DNA of 14,372 bases, taken from contig CAJBHN010000437.1 in NCBI GenBank assembly GCA_903952805.1, forward strand, positions 1 through 14,372, read 5' to 3'. Positions 1 through 7,095 of this stretch are shown piece after piece; within the stretch, counting starts at the first letter, position 1, and every line of letters begins with the position of its first letter. A program made the position numbers and the translations under genes. The notes beneath the pieces are model-generated. The model had not been told where the DNA came from and ran no database searches. It saw only the letters and a list, made by a program, of their open reading frames with translations. This stretch comes from an uncultured Myxococcales bacterium (GTDB lineage: Bacteria; Myxococcota; UBA727; VGSZ01).

Positions 1-150
1 CATCACCGGCAGCGGCGCCGGCGGGTGAACGGCTCGCGGCGTCGAGGTGTCGGCGGACCGACCGTTCTTGCATATCTTGTCGGCCGAGGCCCCCATGCGC
101 ATCTGAGCGACACCGCTTTGCCTTCGACGCTGCCCTGAGGCATCGCCTGC

Positions 151-3100
151 GTGGTGAATGGCCTGCTTGCCGCAGTCGTGACTCGGGTGCTTGGCCTCCC
201 GCGCTTTGTGGGGCGGGCGGCCCTGATGGCGGCGTTGTTTCACGCGGTCTTTGTCGGCGGCGTCACCGTCATCAAAAGTGGCACCAACGCGTTGTTCTTG
301 TCACGGGCCGAGCCGAGCTTGCTGCCCCTGCTGTACGCCGTCGTCGCCGTCGTCGTCAGCGTCGCGACCGCGGTGTTGGCTCGCATGCTGGGACGTCGCC
401 CGCTGCGCCAACTCTTTGGCGAGGTGATTGTCCTCAATGCCGCGTTGCTGATTGTTGGCACCGTCGGTGTGCTGCTCGAACTGCCCCAAGCGCCGGCGGT
501 GCTCTATGTCATCGGCGAGGCCACAGCGACGACCGGGTCGGTGCTGTTTTGGTCCCGCCTGATGGACGGCTTCACGAGCCGGGACCAAAAACGCGTCGTC
601 GGCGTCGTCGGCGCCGGCGGCATGGTCGGTGCGGCCGTCGGCGGACTGCTGGTTCGCGTCTTCGTCGACGTCACCGGGGTCGCGGCTCCCGTCATGGGCG
701 CGGCGGTGCTGTGGGTGCTGGCGTTGCCGCTGTTGCGGGTGTTGCGCACCCGTTCCGCCATCACCGACGTCGACGCGGCCCTGAGCACCGTGCCAGGCCC
801 GGCGCCAAACCGCGACGTCCGTCGACAGCCTGCGCCCACAGCGACGCGTGACGCCCTGCGCGCCCTGGTTGACTCCAACTACGCCCGGGCCGTCGCCGGT
901 TTGGTGGTGTTGTTGGCAGCCACCGGCGCCGCATCAGACTTCGTGTTTCGAGCCGCGGCAGCGTCTGCGGGCAGCGAGCGCGAAATCGCCGGCCTGTTTG
1001 GCTTGTTGAACGCCGTCGTCGGCGTCGTCGTCGTGTTTTTGCAGGTCGGACTCACGGGGCGGCTGCTGTCGCGCCTGGGCGTATTTCTGTTTGCGGCCAT
1101 TGTCCCCCTGGTGCTGGTGGCCTTGTCGGTTCTGTACGCCGTCGTCGACGCCGTCGATGGCGCCAGCCCCTGGGGCTTTCGGGTGTTGATTTGCCTGAAG
1201 GGGGTCGAAATGGCCGGCGCCTATTCGTTGCACCCGGTCGTCGTCGCGCTGCTCTACAACCCCATCGCCCCCGAGCTGCGAGCCCAGTCGCGAGCCCTCA
1301 TCGACGGCGCCATCAAAAAGATGGGCGCCGCCGCGGCCGGTCTGGTGCTGGGGGCCCTCGCCACCCAGGCGGCGCTGGTCAGCGTGTGGACCGTCTTGGT
1401 GACGGCGGCATTGTCGCTGCTGCTGTTGCCGACGCTACGGCGCTTGTACGTCGACGCTCTCGAGGCCCGCGTGCAGGCGCCGGTCAACCATCGGGGTCGG
1501 GCCTGGTCCATCGACACGACCGACAAGGACACGCGCCGCGCGCTGGAGCAGGGGCTCCGTTCCAACGACAGCGAGGACGTCGTCGCCGCCCTTGACGCCC
1601 TGGGCCCCGCCTACGAACTTGCCGACGAGCTGCTGCTGCTGTTGTTGGAGCACCCCGAAGAGCGGGTGCGGGCGACGGCGCTGGCGCGGGTGCCGGCGCG
1701 CCCCGACGACCGTCTGGCCGAGCGCCTGCTGACCATCGCGCGCACGCCAGGGGCCCGTCGTCCGCGAGCCGAGGCCGTGCGCGCGCTTGCCCGCGTGCAG
1801 CCGGGGAAAGCCGCCGACGTCGTCTTGGACTTTCTCGACGACGACGAGCCCGGTGTCGTCTGCGCGGCTCTCGAAGTCACGCTGCGTTCGCGCAATGACG
1901 CCCGCAGCAAGGCCCGGCTGCGAAGCCTGCTCGCTGAGCTGCCCACGCTGGGGATCGCCTGGCGCCGCGACCTCGCCCGGCTGCTGGGCGTGCTGAGAGA
2001 CGCCCGCTACGCCGCCGCTGTCACGTCGTTGATGAGCGACGACGACCGCACGGTCCGCGTATTGGCCATCGAGGCCGCCGCTCGCCGCGGCGATCCCATC
2101 CACGTCGACGCGCTCATCGAACGCCTCGGCGAACGGACCACCCGGGTGGCGGTGCTGCAGGCCCTGGTGCGCTTTCGCGACGCCGCTGTACCCGCACTGT
2201 CTCGCGCTCTCGACGACACCAGACTGCCAGTCGCGGTGCGCTTGCGGGTACCGCGATTGTTGGAGCGGATTGGCACCGAGTCGGCGGCCCATGCCCTGCT
2301 CTACTCCAATCCCCGTGACGACGCTTCGCTGCAGACGCGCATTGCCAAGAGCCTGGTCCGTATCGTCGAGCGCGACGCGCGCGTCGTTGTCGATCGCCGC
2401 CGCACCGACGAAGCCATCGGTCGACGATTGGTCGCCTTCGCCGCCTACGCCGATGCCCTCGCCGACCTCGATGCCGACGACGACAACAAGCAGCTGCGCC
2501 TGTTGCGGCGCGTCGTCGACGAGCGACGACGTCAAAACCTGGAAATTGCTCTCGAGCTGCTGGGCATCCATCGGGGCATCGACCGCATGCGGGTGGTGGC
2601 GCGGGGCCTGACGGACCGTCGACGGCAGGCCCGCATCGATGCCATCGAGCTCCTCGACGCCGCCCTGACCGCCGATCCGCTGCGGACGGATTTTCTGTCG
2701 TTGCTCGACGTGCGGGACTCAGCTCGTGCCATCGAACGTGCCATGCAGCGGGTCCGTCGACTCACGCACTCAAAAGACCCCCTGCTGGGTGGCATTGCCC
2801 GGCTGACCCTGCGTCGCGCCGGCCTGGCCGACGACGGCAGCGACATGCTCGGCGAAGGCGTCGGCCTGCCAGGCAGCTTTGAACTTGGAGGTGACGACAT
2901 GGCCGACCCACTCGTTGAGCGACTCTTCCTGCTGGAGGACGTTGACCTCTTTCGCGGTCTCGCCGCCGACGACCTGCTGGCCATCGCCAGCCAGGCCACC
3001 GAGCTGGTCGTCGAAGCCGGCCAGGTCATTTATCGCGAGGGCGACCTCGGCAACGACAACCTCTACGTCATCGTCGAGGGCATCGTTGAGCTCACGCGGC

Positions 3101-3366
3101 AAGGCAAGCCGGTGATGACGCTGAACGCCGGCGAAAGTGCCGGCCAGGTCAGCTTTGTCGACCAGGGGCCACGTCCGGTCACCGCCCGCGTCGCCGATGG
3201 CAAGGCGGCTCGCTTCCTGGTGGTCGAGCGTGAGGCCTTCTTTGACCTGATGGCCGACCGCACCAGCCTCATGCAGGGCTTTTTCGACGTGTTGGCCAGC
3301 AGGTTGCGGGCCCTCATCACCAAGGCCGCCCCCGACGACGTCCTGCCAGGCGCAGAGAGGCGCTGA
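151..3366 (+). CDS. Multidomain membrane signalling/transport protein with three parts: an N-terminal polytopic transporter-like domain (ATP/ADP-translocase TLC-like or MFS-like, about 450 aa, roughly 10-12 TM helices), central PBS-lyase-type HEAT repeats, and a C-terminal cyclic-nucleotide (cNMP)-binding domain
   Basis: 1071-aa uninterrupted ORF with high GC3. The N-terminal approximately 470 aa are runs of hydrophobic helices (VVAVVVSVATAVLARML, VLNAALLIVGTVGVLL, VVGVVGAGGMVGAAVGGLLV and others). Central motifs such as EERVRATALARV, DDDRTVRVLAIEAAARRGDPIHVDALIERLGE and RVAVLQALVRFRDAAVPALSRALDD are typical HEAT (PBS lyase) repeats. The C-terminus FRGLAADDLLAIASQATELVVEAGQVIYREGDLGNDNLYVIVEGIVEL...NAGESAGQVSFVDQGPRPVTARVADG is a CAP/cNMP-binding beta-roll. 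It keeps the G-E (ribose contact) and R-x-x-T (phosphate contact) positions. The start codon is GTG at 151 with a GAGG about 11 nt upstream. GTG at 154 or ATG at 226 are alternatives. Coordinates include the TGA stop at 3364-3366. Confidence 0.8.
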   Translation: MVNGLLAAVVTRVLGLPRFVGRAALMAALFHAVFVGGVTVIKSGTNALFLSRAEPSLLPLLYAVVAVVVSVATAVLARMLGRRPLRQLFGEVIVLNAALLIVGTVGVLLELPQAPAVLYVIGEATATTGSVLFWSRLMDGFTSRDQKRVVGVVGAGGMVGAAVGGLLVRVFVDVTGVAAPVMGAAVLWVLALPLLRVLRTRSAITDVDAALSTVPGPAPNRDVRRQPAPTATRDALRALVDSNYARAVAGLVVLLAATGAASDFVFRAAAASAGSEREIAGLFGLLNAVVGVVVVFLQVGLTGRLLSRLGVFLFAAIVPLVLVALSVLYAVVDAVDGASPWGFRVLICLKGVEMAGAYSLHPVVVALLYNPIAPELRAQSRALIDGAIKKMGAAAAGLVLGALATQAALVSVWTVLVTAALSLLLLPTLRRLYVDALEARVQAPVNHRGRAWSIDTTDKDTRRALEQGLRSNDSEDVVAALDALGPAYELADELLLLLLEHPEERVRATALARVPARPDDRLAERLLTIARTPGARRPRAEAVRALARVQPGKAADVVLDFLDDDEPGVVCAALEVTLRSRNDARSKARLRSLLAELPTLGIAWRRDLARLLGVLRDARYAAAVTSLMSDDDRTVRVLAIEAAARRGDPIHVDALIERLGERTTRVAVLQALVRFRDAAVPALSRALDDTRLPVAVRLRVPRLLERIGTESAAHALLYSNPRDDASLQTRIAKSLVRIVERDARVVVDRRRTDEAIGRRLVAFAAYADALADLDADDDNKQLRLLRRVVDERRRQNLEIALELLGIHRGIDRMRVVARGLTDRRRQARIDAIELLDAALTADPLRTDFLSLLDVRDSARAIERAMQRVRRLTHSKDPLLGGIARLTLRRAGLADDGSDMLGEGVGLPGSFELGGDDMADPLVERLFLLEDVDLFRGLAADDLLAIASQATELVVEAGQVIYREGDLGNDNLYVIVEGIVELTRQGKPVMTLNAGESAGQVSFVDQGPRPVTARVADGKAARFLVVEREAFFDLMADRTSLMQGFFDVLASRLRALITKAAPDDVLPGAERR

Positions 3367-3435
3367 GAGGCCCTGAGGCACTCAGAGGCACTCAGAGGCA
3401 CTCAGAGGCACTCAGAGGCACTCAGAGGCCTCACG
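3367..3435. repeat. Perfect 10-bp tandem repeat (AGGCACTCAG), five exact copies plus degenerate flanking copies, immediately after the gene-1 stop codon
   Basis: The sequence gaggccctg-(aggcactcag)x5-aggcctcacg is read directly. The five perfect copies lie at 3376-3425 and a degenerate copy lies on each side. It starts at the first base after the TGA of the upstream CDS and sits in the 202-bp gap before the next gene. Confidence 0.9.
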
Positions 3436-3520
3436 CGCGGAGTGACCGATTGCGCACCGTCGCGTTTCGTTTCAGCCGTCGAGTCGCGCACGGGTGGGCG
3501 CCAGTGGCAGTATGTACACC

Positions 3521-3530
3521 TGTGCGCACA
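3521..3530. promoter_or_regulatory. Perfect 10-bp palindrome TGTGCGCACA, 39-48 bp upstream of the MshEN-gene start codon. It is a candidate operator.
   Basis: TGTGCGCACA is its own reverse complement. It is located in the intergenic promoter region of the gene starting at 3569. The same TGTGCG/CGCACA half-sites recur in the yqiJ upstream region (10214-10240). Confidence 0.35.
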
Positions 3531-3568
3531 CCACCACACACGGGCGCCGCAGCAAGGCTGGAGACCCC

Positions 3569-4492
3569 ATGAAAAAACGACTCGGCGAAATCCTGATGGA
3601 ACGCGGCTTGATTGACGGGGACCAACTCACATCAGCCCTGTCCCATCAACGGCAATGGGGCATGCGCCTGGGAACCGCGTTGGTCGCCAAGGGCTTTGTG
3701 GCCGAGGGGATGCTGACGCGGGTCTTGTCGGAGTCCCTCGGCTTCCCAATGGTCGATCTGAGCCGCGTCATCATCGACCCCAAGGCCATTGCGCTGGTCT
3801 CGCGCCGCACGTGTGAGACCCACGGTGTGCTGCCCCTGGCCATCAAGGACCAGCCCAACGGTCGCCGCATCTTGCTGCTGGCCATGGCCGACCCGTTGAA
3901 CGTCACGGTCATCGACGAAATCGGCTTCACCAACGACTGCGTCGTCAAGCCCGCCATCGCCCAGATCTCCTCGCTGGAGCAGGCGGTACGCCGCTATTAC
4001 CTGGGCCATCGGGTCGCCATCGCCCCCTTGAACTTTGAAGCCCAGCATCGACCAGGGTCCGCCTTGCTGGCCAACGACGAGCCGATGACGCTCACGACAT
4101 CGGGTGGAATGAGCGAGCGCGTCGTCGTCGGCCGCCAACACCTCGACAGCGCCATCATCATTGAGCTCAAGGACGAGGCATCAATACCGCCCGAGGCCTT
4201 GAGCCCATTCAGTGCGCCGCCGCTGCCGGCTGATTATGTCGGACACCGTACTGGCGTGTTTGCCATGCCGACCCCGAACCCCGCTGATCTCGCTGGGCCA
4301 CCAACGGGGGCCGCAGGCCAGCCCGGCGACCTCATCATTGGCGATGGCGACATCTTGGCGCTGTCGCGCACGGCCGACATCGAGCAGATCGAAGCCCTCG
4401 AGCGAAAGTTCTGGGCCCTGATGCGGGTGCTGGCGCGCCGTGGTCTGGTCACCAAGGAAGAGTTCCTGACCGAACTGCGCGCCACCGAATAG
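3569..4492 (+). CDS. Standalone MshEN / T2SSE_N (GspE N-terminal) domain protein, a predicted c-di-GMP receptor, with a low-complexity linker and a small C-terminal helical module
   Basis: ATG at 3569 is preceded by GGAG 8 nt upstream. The longer ORF from 3494 has no RBS and a non-protein-like N-terminus. Residues 5-28, RLGEILMERGLIDGDQLTSALSHQ, fit the 24-residue MshEN c-di-GMP-binding motif RLGxx(L/V/I)(L/V/I)xxG(L/V/I)(L/V/I)xxxxLxxxLxxQ. The only deviation is Met at the second hydrophobic position (M7), and the terminal Q is present. A second tandem copy follows directly: RLGTALVAKGFVAEGMLTRVLSES. The remainder to about aa 145 (VDLSRVIIDPKAIALVSRRTCETHGVLPLAIKD...LLLAMADPLNVTVIDEIGF) is typical T2SSE_N fold sequence. 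A degenerate third copy (RRGLVTKEEFLTELRA) sits at the extreme C-terminus after a Pro/Gly/Ala-rich linker. Confidence 0.8.
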   Translation: MKKRLGEILMERGLIDGDQLTSALSHQRQWGMRLGTALVAKGFVAEGMLTRVLSESLGFPMVDLSRVIIDPKAIALVSRRTCETHGVLPLAIKDQPNGRRILLLAMADPLNVTVIDEIGFTNDCVVKPAIAQISSLEQAVRRYYLGHRVAIAPLNFEAQHRPGSALLANDEPMTLTTSGGMSERVVVGRQHLDSAIIIELKDEASIPPEALSPFSAPPLPADYVGHRTGVFAMPTPNPADLAGPPTGAAGQPGDLIIGDGDILALSRTADIEQIEALERKFWALMRVLARRGLVTKEEFLTELRATE

Positions 4493-4501
4493 GCCACACA
4501 G

Positions 4502-4535
<34 letters not shown>

Positions 4536-4538
4536 AGG

Positions 4539-6851
4539 TCAGCGACGCCTGGTCAACGTGACCACCACCGCTTTTGATGTCGGCGTGTGGCTCTCCCTGG
4601 CCCGGCTCTCCAGGGGCACCAGCACGTTGAGCTCTGGAAAGTAGCCCGCGACGCTGCCGGTCGGCAGGTCGTAGGCGACGACGGCGTAGTCCACAACGGT
4701 GCGGGTCGTGCCGCGAAAATGGCTGGTGATGTCGACGCGGTCGCCATCGTTCAAGCCGCGCGCCCGTAAGTCGGTCGGCGACACCAGCACAATGTCCCGA
4801 CGACGACGAATGCCCCGATAGCGGTCGCTCTCCTCGTAGACCGTGGTGTTGAACTGATCATGGGAGCGGATGGTCATCAAGATGAGCTGCCCGGGCTCCA
4901 GCGTCCACGCCGGCAACGCCACCGGCGTGAACATCGCCTTCGACGTCTCGGTCTGCCACTCCCGCTCGCGGGCGGTGTTGCGCAACACAAATCCGTCCTC
5001 GTGCTGGACGCGACGGTTGAAGTCTTCAAAGCCCGGTACCACGGCGGCGATGAGGTCCCGGATGCGCGCGTAGTCGTCGACAAGGGGCTGCCACTGGATG
5101 CGGGGCAAATCGCCGACCGTGGCGGCGGCGACGCCGGCGACGATGGCGACCTCCGAGCGCAGCATGCTCGAGGCCGGCTTGAGTTTCCCCTGGGTCCGGT
5201 GGACCACACTCATGGAGTTCTCGACGGTGACGACCTGCGCGCCTCCCCGCTGCTGATCCACCTCGGTGCGCCCCAGGCACGGCAAGATCAAGGCGTGGTC
5301 GCCAGCAGCCAGGTGGGTCCGATTGAGCTTGGTGGCCACCTGCACCGTCAGCCGGGCCTTGCGCAACGCCGCGTCGACGCGGGGGGTGTCGGGAGCTGCA
5401 GCCACCAGGTTGCCGCCGAGGCCGAAGAAGACCGTCGCCGCACCGGCCTCAAGGGCCTCGATGGCATGCACGACGTCGTGGCCGTGGCCCCGCGGGCTCG
5501 TGATGCCGGTGGCTGTGTCGAGGGCCGCCAGGAAGGGCTCGGCGGGCATTTCGCTGATGCCCATGGTGCGGTCGCCCTGCACATTGCTGTGACCGCGCAC
5601 GGGGCACACGCCGGCTCCCGGTCGGCCGAGATTGCCGCGCATCAACAGCAGGTTCACGATCTCCCGCACATTGTCGACGCCGTTTTCGTGCTGGGTGATG
5701 CCCATGGCCCAACAGGCAATGGTTCGCTCGCTGCGCGCATACACCCGCCCAATGGTCTCGATGGTGGCGCGGTCGACGCCGCTGCCGGCGACGATGTCAT
5801 CCCAGCCGACGACGTCGAGGTCGGCAACGAATTCGTCCCAGCCAGCGGTGTGGGAGTCGATGAAGGCCCGGTCGACGACGCCGCCGCCGCCACGGCGCTC
5901 TTCGTCCAGCACGACCTTCATCAGACCCTTCAACAAGGCCACGTCGCCGTTGATCTTCACCTGGGCCCAGTGGCTGGCGATGTCTTCGCCGACGCCCGCC
6001 ATGCCAAGGACCTTCTGCGGGTGGGCGAAGGACTCCAGCGCCCGCTCCCGGATCGGGTTGACCACGACGACGGCGCAGCCGCGCTTTCGCGCCGCCGCCA
6101 ACGTCGACAACATGCGTGGGTGGTTGGTGCCGGGGTTTTGGCCAATGACAAAAATGCAGTCGGCCAGTTCGAAGTCGTCGAGCTGCACCGTGCCCTTGCC
6201 GACGCCGATCGTCGTCGACAGCCCCCGGCCACTCGACTCGTGACACATGTTGGAGCAGTCGGGCAGGTTGTTGGTGCCGAAGGCACGCACGAACAGCTGG
6301 TAGACAAACGCCGCCTCATTCGACGTTCGCCCCGAGGTGTAAAACACCGCCTGGTGCGGCGACGCCAGCCCCTTGAGGGTGACACCGACGAGGTCGAAGG
6401 CGTCGCTCCAGCTGATGGGTTCGTAGTGGGTGCCACCGGGCCGCTTGATGAGCGGCTCAACCAGCCGACCATGATGCTCGAGTTGGTGGTCGGTCTGGCG
6501 GCGCAGGTCGTCGATGCTGTGACGAGCAAAGAAGGCAGCGTCGGCCTGGCGGCGGTCGGCCTCGTGGGCGACGGCGCGGGCGCCGTTTTCGCAAAACTCA
6601 AAGGTGGCGCGATGCCCCTGGGGATCGGGCCAGGCGCAGCCGGGGCAGTCGAAGCCCTCCGACTGGTTCACGTTGAGGAACACGTGCAAGCCCCGACGGA
6701 GCCCCGAGGTCTTGGCGGCGTAGGCAAACGACGACAGCACCGCCGAAGGCCCGGCCGCGGCCGGTCGGTAGGGACGCGGTGTCGTCGGCGGCAGCGCCCG
6801 GGTCGAGGTCGCCACCGCCGGCGTCGGCGCGCGCAGGGAATCGTCTGACAT
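4539..6851 (-). CDS. ydeP: Molybdopterin (bis-MGD) oxidoreductase of the FdhF/YdeP family, a formate-dehydrogenase-alpha-like catalytic subunit
   Basis: The 770-aa ORF carries the N-terminal family signature NVNQSEGFDCPGCAWPDP and the downstream GRTSNEAAFVYQLFVRAFGTNNLPDCSNMCHESSG motif. Both are characteristic of YdeP/FdhF-like molybdopterin oxidoreductases. ATG at 6851 is preceded by AGGA 7-8 nt upstream. GC3 is high throughout. The long + strand ORF 4860-6848 is its antisense artefact. Confidence 0.9.
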   Translation of the reverse strand: MSDDSLRAPTPAVATSTRALPPTTPRPYRPAAAGPSAVLSSFAYAAKTSGLRRGLHVFLNVNQSEGFDCPGCAWPDPQGHRATFEFCENGARAVAHEADRRQADAAFFARHSIDDLRRQTDHQLEHHGRLVEPLIKRPGGTHYEPISWSDAFDLVGVTLKGLASPHQAVFYTSGRTSNEAAFVYQLFVRAFGTNNLPDCSNMCHESSGRGLSTTIGVGKGTVQLDDFELADCIFVIGQNPGTNHPRMLSTLAAARKRGCAVVVVNPIRERALESFAHPQKVLGMAGVGEDIASHWAQVKINGDVALLKGLMKVVLDEERRGGGGVVDRAFIDSHTAGWDEFVADLDVVGWDDIVAGSGVDRATIETIGRVYARSERTIACWAMGITQHENGVDNVREIVNLLLMRGNLGRPGAGVCPVRGHSNVQGDRTMGISEMPAEPFLAALDTATGITSPRGHGHDVVHAIEALEAGAATVFFGLGGNLVAAAPDTPRVDAALRKARLTVQVATKLNRTHLAAGDHALILPCLGRTEVDQQRGGAQVVTVENSMSVVHRTQGKLKPASSMLRSEVAIVAGVAAATVGDLPRIQWQPLVDDYARIRDLIAAVVPGFEDFNRRVQHEDGFVLRNTAREREWQTETSKAMFTPVALPAWTLEPGQLILMTIRSHDQFNTTVYEESDRYRGIRRRRDIVLVSPTDLRARGLNDGDRVDITSHFRGTTRTVVDYAVVAYDLPTGSVAGYFPELNVLVPLESRARESHTPTSKAVVVTLTRRR

Positions 6852-6991
6852 GTCGTGATCCTACATGGCTCACCGGGTATGCGCGCCCGGGGTGTGCCGC
6901 TGCACGGTGGGTAGGTCCGTATGCTTGCGATGCACACCGAAGATAAACCGGAAACATCCTTCTGACCCCCCTGAAAACACCAAGCACCAGG

Positions 6992-7006
6992 AAATGCTCA
7001 GCATTT
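6992..7006. promoter_or_regulatory. 7-1-7 palindrome AAATGCT-C-AGCATTT in a locally AT-richer patch. It is downstream of the flotillin terminator and about 140-155 bp upstream of the ydeP-like start, so it is a candidate operator or promoter element.
   Basis: The inverted repeat is perfect. A 1-nt spacer is too short for an RNA hairpin loop, so a DNA-level (protein-binding) role is more plausible. The surrounding 6930-7010 region is noticeably less GC-rich than the genes (gaagataaaccggaaacatcc ... gaaatgctcagcattttagc). Confidence 0.3.
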
Positions 7007-7035
7007 TAGCTCCGTCGCCATCGGCCCCCACCAAC

Positions 7036-7063
7036 AACGAGGGCTCCCTGCGGAGCCCTCGTT
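7036..7063 (-). terminator. Candidate intrinsic terminator of the yqiJ-yqiK-like operon: a 12-bp perfect GC-rich stem with a 4-nt loop, followed on the transcribed (-) strand by a GU-rich tract
   Basis: The inverted repeat is aacgagggctcc-ctgc-ggagccctcgtt. It lies 33-60 nt downstream of the flotillin stop (7096-7098) in the direction of transcription. The RNA after the stem reads GUUGUUGGUGG, an imperfect U tract of the kind common in high-GC genomes. The next - strand gene (ydeP-like) then begins with its own RBS. Confidence 0.5.
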
Positions 7064-7095
7064 CACCTCATGCTCGTTGGTCGGACGCCGGGCGC

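Noticed and set aside
1-27. Possible 3-prime end of an upstream + strand gene (frame ending TGA at 25-27)
   Set aside because: Only 8 codons are visible, which is far too little to support a call.
67-110. TTGCAT hexamer and 8-bp palindrome ATGCGCAT upstream of gene 1 as promoter elements
   Set aside because: The hexamer is -35-like, but no convincing -10 lies at appropriate spacing. An 8-bp palindrome is expected by chance at this GC content, so it is not reported as a feature.
1435-2571. 378-aa ORF on the minus strand, plus several 70-200-aa ORFs on both strands inside gene 1
   Set aside because: It is antisense to a CDS with clear HEAT/cNMP homology. The translation is Arg/Ala/Gly/Gln-rich with no domain-like pattern. 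This is the typical spurious open frame of high-GC DNA.
3367-3435. Possible CRISPR array
   Set aside because: The repeats are only 10 bp and are directly abutting. There are no unique spacers, so it is a simple tandem repeat.
4860-6848. 662-aa + strand ORF
   Set aside because: It is exactly antisense to the ydeP-like gene, which carries unmistakable family motifs. The translation is Arg/Gly/Asp-rich low complexity ending in an RRRRR run. It is a high-GC artefact.
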